A stretch of 59,048 bases of DNA from a virus (lineage: Duplodnaviria > Caudoviricetes): positions 1-59,048 of IMG/VR virus record IMGVR_UViG_3300025030_000116; one strand, given 5' to 3'. Numbering within the stretch: the stretch's first letter is position 1; the number at the start of each line of letters is the position of its first letter. A model generated the notes under the pieces. It saw only the letters and a program-made list of their open reading frames with translations. It had not been told where the DNA came from and did not search any database. Below are positions 10,057-18,638 of the stretch, one piece after another. A program made the translations under genes and the position numbers.

Positions 10057-10301
10057 TGCACACCAGCGACATCGCCACACTCCGGGCCTTCGGAAATCTC
10101 AAGGATGGCCCAGTGAGGGCGTTCATAAAGTCTGCACTGGCCGAAATCGACGGCTCATTGCGGCGGGTGACAGGTGATTCGTATCGGACATTGCAGGGCC
10201 AAGCTCAAGTTTTAGAGGAGATGGCCGCGATGATGGACGATTCGGACGCTTTGATCGCCAAGGCAAGAAAACTGGCAGCACCGCAGTCAAGGCAGTTCTG
10301 A
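10053..10301 (+). CDS. Small post-portal protein
   Basis: YRTLQGQAQVL pattern typical of small genes following podoviral portals. Confidence 0.7.
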   Translation: MMHTSDIATLRAFGNLKDGPVRAFIKSALAEIDGSLRRVTGDSYRTLQGQAQVLEEMAAMMDDSDALIAKARKLAAPQSRQF

Positions 10302-10360
10302 CCGAGCCAACGTGCCGGTAAATCGAAATGCGCCAGCCATTGAGCGGCGCGGAGGAAACG

Positions 10361-11299
10361 ATGGGAAAACGCTTTATGTCCCCGGCTGATCGAGCCCAGG
10401 CAAAGATTGACGAACTGAGTGGCGTCCCGGCAGAAGCAGCACCGGGCCAGCCGGAAGGAACCGAGCCGCCCATTGAGGCGAGCCCTGAACCGTCCGTAGT
10501 CGCTCCTGAAGTCGTTCCGCCCCCGGCGCCGGTTGAAATCTCGGAAGGCACTTTTAAAGCACGGTGGGAAACCTTGCAGGGGATGTACCGGACGCTGAAT
10601 GAGGAGAAAACGTACCTAGTAGGCCGCGTTAACGCGCTGGAAACGCAAATTGCCAGCTCGTCCAGCATGGCAGCTCCCGAGCCCGGCGCTCCTGCTGCAA
10701 AAGGAGTAAATGAACTTCTCGACCTGATTTCCGATGGTCTTGGAGCGGACCTGGCGGGCCAGATCCAGCAGCTCATCCAGCAGTCCACGTCAAGCCAGAT
10801 GGCTCCGGTGGCCCAGAGGCTTGAAACTGTCGCTACCGACAACCTCAAGACTCGCCAGGACACCTTCGAGTCTTCGCTGACCGCAAGGGTGCCGGGGTGG
10901 AGAAACATGCACGGAAGCCCCGCCTTCGAGCAGTGGTTGCACTCCAAACGGGAACAGTTCTCCGGCTTGAGCTACTTCGACTGCTTCACCAGGGCGAACA
11001 ACGATTGGGATCTGGAAGGGCTTGTCGGCATTTTCAACAGCTATGCCCCGCCGGCCCCGCCGGTTGTCCCTCCCCCGCCGGTAGTAGATCCGAGGCTTGG
11101 CCTTGTTGCCCCCGGCAGGGGTGGCGGCAGCGGAGTCGTGGAGCTGGCCCCGACCGAACGCTTTTTCAAACAGTCCGAAGTCAACGCCTTTTACAAGGAT
11201 GTGACTCTCGGCAAGTACCGTGGCCGCCCGGCGGAAGAGGCGCAGATGGATGCCCTCATCAATCAGGCAAACATGGCCGGCAGGATTCTCCCCGGCTAA
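10361..11299 (+). CDS. Capsid scaffolding protein (putative)
   Basis: Between portal and capsid; acidic/Pro-rich N-terminus, coiled coil; GGAGG RBS. Confidence 0.75.
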   Translation: MGKRFMSPADRAQAKIDELSGVPAEAAPGQPEGTEPPIEASPEPSVVAPEVVPPPAPVEISEGTFKARWETLQGMYRTLNEEKTYLVGRVNALETQIASSSSMAAPEPGAPAAKGVNELLDLISDGLGADLAGQIQQLIQQSTSSQMAPVAQRLETVATDNLKTRQDTFESSLTARVPGWRNMHGSPAFEQWLHSKREQFSGLSYFDCFTRANNDWDLEGLVGIFNSYAPPAPPVVPPPPVVDPRLGLVAPGRGGGSGVVELAPTERFFKQSEVNAFYKDVTLGKYRGRPAEEAQMDALINQANMAGRILPG

Positions 11300-11338
11300 A
11301 CCTCCAACCAATAAGGATTTAAAAAAGGAGCAACTTGT

Positions 11339-12268
11339 ATGAGCTTCGTAGGCAGAGCACCGGGACAGCCGGACTATTCGAGCGCAGGGGCGGGGCGTTA
11401 CACCCCCCAGATTTACGCCCAGAAGACCCTCATCAAATTTTACCTGACAACCGTTTTCGGTGAAATCGCAAACACCGACTACGAGGGTGAAATCACCAAA
11501 ATGGGCGATAAGGTCATCATCCGTACCGTACCGGACGTGACGATCCGCGACTACGTGCGCGGCCAGGATCTCAACTACGAGACACCTGACGGCGCCGATG
11601 TCGAGCTGGACATCAACAGGGCCAAGTATTTCGCCCTCAAGATCGACAGCATCGACAAGCTTCAGATGGACATCAACATGATGGACAAATGGAGCGAGGA
11701 CGGCGGCAAGCAGATGGCAATCGTCATCGACCGGGATCTGCTCTCCAACATCTACCTGGATGCGGACGCGCTCAACCAGGGGGCAACGGCTGGTGCCGAC
11801 TCCGCCTCCTACAACCTGGGGACCGCCGGGGTCCCGCTCACCGTCACCAAGGACACCGCAATCGACGTTCTCATGGACGCCGAGGCTGTTCTTTCCGAGC
11901 AGAACGTGCCGGAAGACGAGGAGCGGTGGATCATCCTTCCGACCTGGATGTGCAACCTGCTCCAGAAATCGGAACTCCGCAGGGCAGACGGCGCCGGTTC
12001 GGCAACCAACCAGGACACCCTCCGCAACGGGAAGCTGGGCAAGATCGGTCAGTTCACGGTCTACCGCAGCAACAACGTCTACAAGTCCGGCGGGAACTCC
12101 TACATTCCCTTCGGCCACAAATCGGCTGTCACCTTCGCCTCGCAGCTCGTAGAGACGGAGACACTGCCGCACCCGACCGCGTTCGGTCAAATCATGCGTT
12201 CCCTGAACGTCTACGGTTACAAGGTCGTCAAGAAGCCGGCCATCGGCGTCATCGTCGCCAAGAAGTAA
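11339..12268 (+). CDS. Major capsid protein
   Basis: PQIYAQK...TVFGEIANTDYEGEI...GDKVIIR and LNVYGYKVV motifs; strong codon bias; followed by a terminator. Confidence 0.9.
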   Translation: MSFVGRAPGQPDYSSAGAGRYTPQIYAQKTLIKFYLTTVFGEIANTDYEGEITKMGDKVIIRTVPDVTIRDYVRGQDLNYETPDGADVELDINRAKYFALKIDSIDKLQMDINMMDKWSEDGGKQMAIVIDRDLLSNIYLDADALNQGATAGADSASYNLGTAGVPLTVTKDTAIDVLMDAEAVLSEQNVPEDEERWIILPTWMCNLLQKSELRRADGAGSATNQDTLRNGKLGKIGQFTVYRSNNVYKSGGNSYIPFGHKSAVTFASQLVETETLPHPTAFGQIMRSLNVYGYKVVKKPAIGVIVAKK

Positions 12269-12284
12269 CCCCGAGTTAACATCC

Positions 12285-12316
12285 AACCCCCCGTCAGAAA
12301 TGGCGGGGTTCTTTCT
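12285..12316 (+). terminator. Intrinsic terminator after the capsid gene
   Basis: AACCCCCCGTCA-GAAA-TGGCGGGGTT-CTTTCT. Confidence 0.7.
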
Positions 12317-12336
12317 GGCCTAAAAGGAGTAACCAG

Positions 12337-12828
12337 ATGGCGAAATATACCGCTCTCACCTCGCAGAAGAACATTCCGACCTTGGAGGGAGCGAAGCCGA
12401 CCCTCTCTAATGCCTCGTTCTACCTGCAAAACACCGTCTACATGAGCACCACGCCGCACGCAGCCGGCGGAGCGCTGCTGACGGTCAATGACGTTGTGCC
12501 GCTGATCGACCTGCCCGTAGGGGTGATGCCGGTTCGCGCCTGGCGCCGCGTCCTTACGGCCAATGACGGCGCTGCTGCCGCAACCATCGACGTGGGCGTC
12601 TACAAGTCGTCCGACGATTCCGCGGTTGACGCTGACGGCCTGATCGCTGCCGCTGATGCCAAGGCGGCTGCCGGAGTTACCACCCTCGGCGCAGGGGCGA
12701 TGCTCGCAACTGTCGGCTTCAAGCCCGCAGCCGAAGCAAGCTTCATCGGTGCCTCGATGGCTGTCGCTGCAACCGCAGCCTCGGTCGTCCCGAGAATCCA
12801 GGTCATCGTGGAGTGCGTTGCAGTCTAA
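12337..12828 (+). CDS. Capsid decoration/cement protein (putative)
   Basis: Ala-rich beta-type protein directly after the capsid gene; AAGGAG RBS. Confidence 0.6.
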   Translation: MAKYTALTSQKNIPTLEGAKPTLSNASFYLQNTVYMSTTPHAAGGALLTVNDVVPLIDLPVGVMPVRAWRRVLTANDGAAAATIDVGVYKSSDDSAVDADGLIAAADAKAAAGVTTLGAGAMLATVGFKPAAEASFIGASMAVAATAASVVPRIQVIVECVAV

Positions 12829-12887
12829 CCGAAAGGAGGGGGGTTAAGCGCCCCCCTCCCCTACCCTACCCAAGAAAGGGACCAGCA

Positions 12888-13220
12888 ATGAGCAACGACC
12901 CCAAATACATTCGCCACAGACTCACGGGCGCAGTTTACGACTTCAACCCGGCAGCACTCAAGAGGTCCGAAAACGACTTCGAGCCCTATGACGGCCCCGA
13001 GAAAGAAAAGACCGCTCCTGTCTCGCAGGAAGGGGCCGAGGAGCGGGCCGCTGCAATCCTGGCCGCAGTAAAAAGCATCGACCCTGCCGCCTACTCCGCC
13101 GCTGCCGGTGGCAGGCCGGCAATGCCCAAGGTGGGCGCCATATCCGAGATCGTGAAGTTCAAGGTATCCGGCGATGAAGTCGCTGCCGCCGTCCTCGCGC
13201 TGATCGAGCCCAAGGAGTAA
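12888..13220 (+). CDS. Hypothetical virion-module protein
   Basis: ORF with RBS in the structural operon. Confidence 0.65.
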   Translation: MSNDPKYIRHRLTGAVYDFNPAALKRSENDFEPYDGPEKEKTAPVSQEGAEERAAAILAAVKSIDPAAYSAAAGGRPAMPKVGAISEIVKFKVSGDEVAAAVLALIEPKE

Positions 13221-13225
13221 TCACC

Positions 13226-13852
13226 ATGTCCACGGTTGGAAGCATCTTTTCTGAAATGTTGCCGCGTCTGTCCAAGTCGGATCTATCCGTCTCCTTCATT
13301 GCGGCGATGCAGACAACCGTGGATGTCCTGGTGCGGAGACTCTGGGTTAACAAGTCCGACCTCCTGGCCGCGCCGATGACGCCTGTCGCGGTGCTGGCCG
13401 GGAGTGCATCTTTCCCCCTCCCTACCGACCTACTCGGGCTTAGGGAAAACCCTTATATGACCATTGAGGGACAGCCGGGAAGAGAATTGGCCCCCCTCCC
13501 TCCGGGCAGGCGCTATGCGTTCACTCAGCAGGGTACACCCGAATACTACGAAGTCCTTGGTTCGACGTGCTGGTTATTCCCAACCCCCAGCGCAAACGTA
13601 TCCATCAAGGCTATGTATAACCAAGATCCTCCCAAGTTAACAGGGATGGAAAGCACGATTCCCTTCAACGGGCTCTTTGATCCAGTTATCAAGGATGCGG
13701 CTCTCCAGATAGGAAGCCAGGGGGTTTTCGTTGTGAGTACGCCCGTTTTTGAAACGATGGTCCGTAACTTCGTTGACCAAATATTACAAATTCGCAATCC
13801 GAAAAATATCAGTTTTTTCCACTCACCTACCGGCAGACAGTCGAGGTGGTAA
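13226..13852 (+). CDS. Head-tail adaptor-like protein
   Basis: FPLPTD...GTPEYY...LFPTP pattern. Confidence 0.65.
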   Translation: MSTVGSIFSEMLPRLSKSDLSVSFIAAMQTTVDVLVRRLWVNKSDLLAAPMTPVAVLAGSASFPLPTDLLGLRENPYMTIEGQPGRELAPLPPGRRYAFTQQGTPEYYEVLGSTCWLFPTPSANVSIKAMYNQDPPKLTGMESTIPFNGLFDPVIKDAALQIGSQGVFVVSTPVFETMVRNFVDQILQIRNPKNISFFHSPTGRQSRW

Positions 13853-13875
13853 CAGTCGCACCGGAGGGATAAATA

Positions 13876-14577
13876 ATGGGCACGATCACAGCACAGATAA
13901 TTTCCGACAAAGCATCGCTTCTCTTGCTGGATGAAACCCATGTCCGGTGGACCGCCCCCGAGATGATTGGGTGGATCAACTCTGGCATGAAAGAGATAGT
14001 GCTTCAGAAGCCGAACAGCCTCACGGCCAACACTCTTTGCACTCTGGTTGCAGGGACCAAGCAGACCATCTTTGGCAATACCGGCGCAGATGTCGGCATT
14101 TCTCTCCTTGAGGTGGTTCGGAACATGGGAGCTGCTGGAGCTGTTCCCGGCAAAGCGATCACCGGCATTGACCGCAATATCCTCGACACAATCAACCCGA
14201 GTTGGCATGTAACCGGAGCCGCCGCAGAAGTCTTGCATTATTCCGTTGATATGCGCGACCCCAAGACCTTCTACGTTTTCCCCGGACAGTTGGCGGCAAC
14301 CACTCAGAAGTTGGAGATAGTAATCAGCGTCAGTCCTCCGACGATATTGATTGGTGCAGTCATTCCCCTGGATGATGTCTATGAGTCGGTCCTTATCGAC
14401 TATGTGCTCTACAGGTGTTTTTCCAAGGACAGCGAACACACTGCGAACATGCAGCGGGCCGATTACCACTACAAGGCGTTCATGTCTGCCCTCGGGGTCA
14501 AGACTCAGGGCGAAATCGCATTTGCCCCTTCTATGCGATATTCCAAGGAGCCTAAACCGCAAGGAGCGCAGCAGTAA
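13876..14577 (+). CDS. Head-tail adaptor (DUF6682-like)
   Basis: VRWTAPEMIGWINSG, FYVFP, DYVLYRCFSKDSE. Confidence 0.75.
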   Translation: MGTITAQIISDKASLLLLDETHVRWTAPEMIGWINSGMKEIVLQKPNSLTANTLCTLVAGTKQTIFGNTGADVGISLLEVVRNMGAAGAVPGKAITGIDRNILDTINPSWHVTGAAAEVLHYSVDMRDPKTFYVFPGQLAATTQKLEIVISVSPPTILIGAVIPLDDVYESVLIDYVLYRCFSKDSEHTANMQRADYHYKAFMSALGVKTQGEIAFAPSMRYSKEPKPQGAQQ

Positions 14578-16304
14578 TGCGGATCTCGCTCAACATGTTC
14601 GGAGGGATGGCGCCAAAGGTGGCGCCTCACCTCCTGCCGGAAGCCGCAGCTCAAAACGCGACCAACTGCCGGTTCAGATCGGGCGCCTTGGAGCCGTTGC
14701 GGGATAAGGTACTCGACTCGGCATTGACCAAGGCGGGCGTGCTGCTGTCTCTCTTCCGGTACTGGGCGGCGTCCGTCTGGTTCTGCTGGACGACTGACGT
14801 TAACGTGGTGAACTCGCAGATTGCTGGTGATCCTTGGGCGAGGGTCTACTTCACAGGAGACACGTTGCCCCGGATGACCGCGAACGATGTCGCTGTTACG
14901 GGGGGGACCGACTACCCGGTAGCGGCTTACACCCTCGGCCTCCCCGCTCCCCTGTCTGCTCCTTCTGCTGACCCGGTTGCCATCCCCGCCTACAACCCGG
15001 CGCTGACCTATGCAGTCGGCAGTCTGGTGAATTACGATGGGGAGATTTACCTTAACTCGGTGGCAGTAGAGGTGGCGGAGGAGTGGACGGCGTTCAAGTG
15101 GTCGAGCATTGACCCCTCTACCATCGAGTCTCGGGCCTACATCTATACCTACGTTTCCGCGTATGGCGAGGAAGGTCCACCGGCAAACGCCTCGGCAGTC
15201 ATCGACGTTAACCCCGGACAGTCAGTGACGGTCGCCGGTATGTCAACGGCTCCGGCTGGCAGCTTCAATGTGACCCAGAAGCGCATCTACCGCACGAACA
15301 CGGGTAGCAACGGGACCGAATATCAGTTGGTCGCAACGATTCCTGTTGCCCAGGTCAGCTACGCCGATTCTATCCTTGGGGATTCGCTGGGCGGAGTCCT
15401 TGTGAGCCAAACATGGGTGGCCCCCCCGGCTACTCTCCAAGGGCTTATCTCCTTGCCGTGCGGATCTCTTGCGGGGTTCACTGGAAACGAGGTCTGTTTT
15501 TCCGTCCCCTACGAGCATCACGCCTGGCCCCTTGATTACAGGGTTTCGGTGGATTACCCGATTATCGCAATTGGAGCCTTCGGGAATTATGTGCTGATTG
15601 CTACCGCCGGAACGCCTTATGTGATAGTAGGACAAGACCCTTCAAGCATGTCGCAGCCAGAGCGAATAGAAACGGGTCTATCCTGTGTTTCAAAGCGCGG
15701 GATGGTGGATATGGGGGATGGCCTACTCTATCCCACACCTGATGGCCTCCAGCTCGTTGCTGTCGGCAAGTTTGAGATAGTCACGGAGTCGATCCTTTCA
15801 AATGATGATTGGCAGGCGATGAATCCTTCATCCATTACTGCTTTCTTGTGGAACGGGAAGTATGTCGCCTTCTACAATAACGGCGCGAGTGGCGCCTTCA
15901 TCTTTGACCCTGCGACAAAGGATTTCACCAACCTTGGCGTAACTGGCATAACGGGTGGGTTCACTGACCTGAAGACCGGGAAGCTCTACCTCGTCTCGGG
16001 CCAAAACGTCTACGCATGGGACGGCGGCGGGAATCTCACGTTAATTTGGAGATCCCGGCCCTTCTATGCAGAGAGGGTAGTTAACCTGGCAGCGGGTCAG
16101 GTGTTCGCTACGGCATACCCGGTGACATTGAAGCTGTACGCTGACGGGGTGCTGAAGCACACCGCTACGGTCGCAAACAACCAGCCCTTCCGCCTCCCCT
16201 CTGGCTATCTGGCCTTGGTGTGGGAAACGGAGCTGCAATGTGCGGCAGGCCGCGTTAACGGCGTCAGGTTGGCAACTAGCGTCAGAGAGTTACAGCAAGA
16301 TTAA
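14577..16304 (+). CDS. Tail tube/stabilisation (nozzle) protein
   Basis: FGGMAPK..P.LLP..AAQ.A.NC, RAYIYTYVS.YGEEGPP, HAWP..Y, PFRLPSG. Confidence 0.8.
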   Translation: MRISLNMFGGMAPKVAPHLLPEAAAQNATNCRFRSGALEPLRDKVLDSALTKAGVLLSLFRYWAASVWFCWTTDVNVVNSQIAGDPWARVYFTGDTLPRMTANDVAVTGGTDYPVAAYTLGLPAPLSAPSADPVAIPAYNPALTYAVGSLVNYDGEIYLNSVAVEVAEEWTAFKWSSIDPSTIESRAYIYTYVSAYGEEGPPANASAVIDVNPGQSVTVAGMSTAPAGSFNVTQKRIYRTNTGSNGTEYQLVATIPVAQVSYADSILGDSLGGVLVSQTWVAPPATLQGLISLPCGSLAGFTGNEVCFSVPYEHHAWPLDYRVSVDYPIIAIGAFGNYVLIATAGTPYVIVGQDPSSMSQPERIETGLSCVSKRGMVDMGDGLLYPTPDGLQLVAVGKFEIVTESILSNDDWQAMNPSSITAFLWNGKYVAFYNNGASGAFIFDPATKDFTNLGVTGITGGFTDLKTGKLYLVSGQNVYAWDGGGNLTLIWRSRPFYAERVVNLAAGQVFATAYPVTLKLYADGVLKHTATVANNQPFRLPSGYLALVWETELQCAAGRVNGVRLATSVRELQQD

Positions 16305-16314
16305 GGAGGTCGTC

Positions 16315-17868
16315 GTGGCCGGAGCCGCTTGGTATAGATACAACACAGTAACCGTCACGCAGGGGAGCGCCAGCGTTGTCGGGGTCCAAACTTCCTTTCT
16401 CTCTCAGGTTTCGATTGGCGATCTCTTCACGGTGGACGGCACCAAGATCTACGAGATTTTGTCCGTTGTCGATGATACGCACATCACCTTGCAGACTGTC
16501 TACACCGGGGCGACAGGATCTACGGCCTACGGCATTCTGCGGAACTTCACCACGACCACTAACGCAGCCCTGGCCGCACAGCTTACCGCCCTGTTGGGTT
16601 CCTGGCAGACCCGCGAGGACCAGCAGAGGATCTGGCTTGCTGGCGCACTCCTGAGCGGTTATCGGAGCGACGGCACTCCCGCCAATCCAGCCGGGAACGA
16701 TCCCCTGGCCGGTTATTACCCGATGTCCGATGCTGTCGGGGTGACGCGGTACATCCCCTGCCCGGCGTTGTTTACGAATGCGACTAAGCTCGGGGGCTTT
16801 GTTGCCTCCCAGACGCCTGGGGCGAATCAGATACTGGTAACATCTGCAACGGGCAGTGTGGAATTCAATGCCGTTGCAGGGCAGCACTTGATGCTGAAGC
16901 TCAATGCCGCCACAGATAAATACTCACAGTTGGGGTTTTATGAAGAAGGAGCCTTAAAGTGGAACATTTTCAATGACTATGCTAATGATTCACTTGCATT
17001 CGGGACTTCTGCTGGTGCAAAGGCTGTTCTTTCCGTCGGCGGTAATCTATCTGTTGGTTACACTGCGGATAGCGGAGCACGCATTCACTCGCAGGTTGCA
17101 AACATTGGAGATTCAACTCTGTGCCTAACACGCGCAGGCTCCTCCCGGTTCAATTTCGTACAAGGTATCGCTGGTGTAACTGGGGATGCTCTTATTCTTC
17201 GTGACACCACATTGGGCAGGGACTACCTTACACTACGAAGTGGAAATATACTGGTTGGTACGCAGACAGAGCTGAGCACAACCACAAAGTTACAGGTATA
17301 TGGTTCAACAGGTATTAGTTTGGGTGCGGCAGGTGTAGGATTAGCAGGCGGTGCTACCAAGGGTGAAATATATGGCATAAATACAGCGTTCTCCACGTAT
17401 AACGCATTAGGCTTCCGCTGCCAGTCTAGCCCACAATTGTTCTTGAACACAGCAGGAGAGGTGTTAGTTAATACTGACGTAAGTAATGGCTCAGGGGCTA
17501 AACTACAGGTTAATGGTAGCCTCACCGCTGTCGGCACCGTATCAAACAATACGGTAGGTAATGCAGTAGTAGGCAATTTTTACCAGACCAATATCTCAAC
17601 GAACGCCGCAGGGACTGTAGGTTTACGCATTGGTTACGACTCTGTATCGGGTATGGGAGTTTTTGGGGCTTACGGTGAAGTAAATGCAGGACTCGCGTTT
17701 TACACAAAGGACGCAGGTAATAACAGTCTAAAGATGTCCTTATTGGCAAACGGAGGGCTAAACATAACTACTCAAACGTTTGCGTCTGAATCTGCGGCTA
17801 TTACCGGAGGGTTAATAGCCGGAACTATCTACAAAACAGTAACAGGGGAACTAAGAATAAAACTGTAA
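16315..17868 (+). CDS. Tail fibre / receptor-binding protein
   Basis: WY...TVTVT.GS..V.G..T.F N-terminal attachment motif; Gly-rich beta repeats; GTG start after AAGGAGG. Confidence 0.8.
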   Translation: MAGAAWYRYNTVTVTQGSASVVGVQTSFLSQVSIGDLFTVDGTKIYEILSVVDDTHITLQTVYTGATGSTAYGILRNFTTTTNAALAAQLTALLGSWQTREDQQRIWLAGALLSGYRSDGTPANPAGNDPLAGYYPMSDAVGVTRYIPCPALFTNATKLGGFVASQTPGANQILVTSATGSVEFNAVAGQHLMLKLNAATDKYSQLGFYEEGALKWNIFNDYANDSLAFGTSAGAKAVLSVGGNLSVGYTADSGARIHSQVANIGDSTLCLTRAGSSRFNFVQGIAGVTGDALILRDTTLGRDYLTLRSGNILVGTQTELSTTTKLQVYGSTGISLGAAGVGLAGGATKGEIYGINTAFSTYNALGFRCQSSPQLFLNTAGEVLVNTDVSNGSGAKLQVNGSLTAVGTVSNNTVGNAVVGNFYQTNISTNAAGTVGLRIGYDSVSGMGVFGAYGEVNAGLAFYTKDAGNNSLKMSLLANGGLNITTQTFASESAAITGGLIAGTIYKTVTGELRIKL

Positions 17869-17878
17869 GGAGTATCGA

Positions 17879-18154
17879 ATGCCCGAAACAAATTACAAAG
17901 AATCAGCAGTTGCAGGGCAGAAATGGACGCGAGCCATAAGGGTTCAGATCGACAACCCTCTCAATGGCCAGCCTTCTATCATGTTTGTGGAAGAGGAGGC
18001 CATCAACTTTGGTGACAGCACCATCACCAATCTGTCTGGCAACCTCCATGCTCAGTTTGACTCAAGCAATCCACTCCATGTGGAGATTTACACGAAGCTG
18101 GATCAACTCTACACGCTGTTACGGGAAGTGCGCGATGCAGCCATAACCACTTAA
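17879..18154 (+). CDS. Tail fibre-associated protein
   Basis: Follows the fibre gene; AAGGAG RBS. Confidence 0.6.
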   Translation: MPETNYKESAVAGQKWTRAIRVQIDNPLNGQPSIMFVEEEAINFGDSTITNLSGNLHAQFDSSNPLHVEIYTKLDQLYTLLREVRDAAITT

Positions 18155-18174
18155 CTCAAAAGGAGAACTCACAA

Positions 18175-18405
18175 ATGAATATCAGCCTTAGCCTTTCCAT
18201 CGACCAGACAAACATCATCCTCGGCGCTCTCAGTGAGCAGCCCTTCAAAACCGTTTCGTCCACCGTCTCGGAGATCCAGCAGCAAGCGACCGCCCAAGTG
18301 AAGGCTGCCCAGGATCAGGAAAGGGAGCGACAGACGAGTGAGATCCTGGCAAGGGAACTTTACAAGCAGGAACTCGCCAAGGACCCGATACCCACCGAGG
18401 AGTAA
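18175..18405 (+). CDS. Small tail-associated hypothetical protein
   Basis: IILGALSEQPFKTV...I..Q pattern; RBS. Confidence 0.6.
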   Translation: MNISLSLSIDQTNIILGALSEQPFKTVSSTVSEIQQQATAQVKAAQDQERERQTSEILARELYKQELAKDPIPTEE

Positions 18406-18410
18406 GCCAA

Positions 18411-18629
18411 GTGGGGACCTATCTGAAAAACATCCTCATCGGGATCGACCAGCTTGTTAACGCAATCTGCCTGGGCGATCCCGATGAGACGATAAGCTCC
18501 CGTGTGGGTAAGCGCAGAGACGGCAATGAACGGTTTTGGGCCGGAGTGGTAGACCGGCTTTTTTTCTGGCAAAAGAAACATACCGAAAAGTCGATTGAAC
18601 TGGATGAAGGCAAGGACCAACTGAAATAA
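18411..18629 (+). CDS. Conserved phage hypothetical protein
   Basis: IDQLVNA...GDPDETISSR.GK motif common near phage tail genes. Confidence 0.7.
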   Translation: MGTYLKNILIGIDQLVNAICLGDPDETISSRVGKRRDGNERFWAGVVDRLFFWQKKHTEKSIELDEGKDQLK

Positions 18630-18638
18630 AGGATACCC

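Noticed and set aside
10790-12286. Long antisense ORFs (also 7855-8775, 13546-14562, 24466-25362, 29498-30265)
   Set aside because: Shadows of codon-biased + strand genes; no RBS or recognisable motifs
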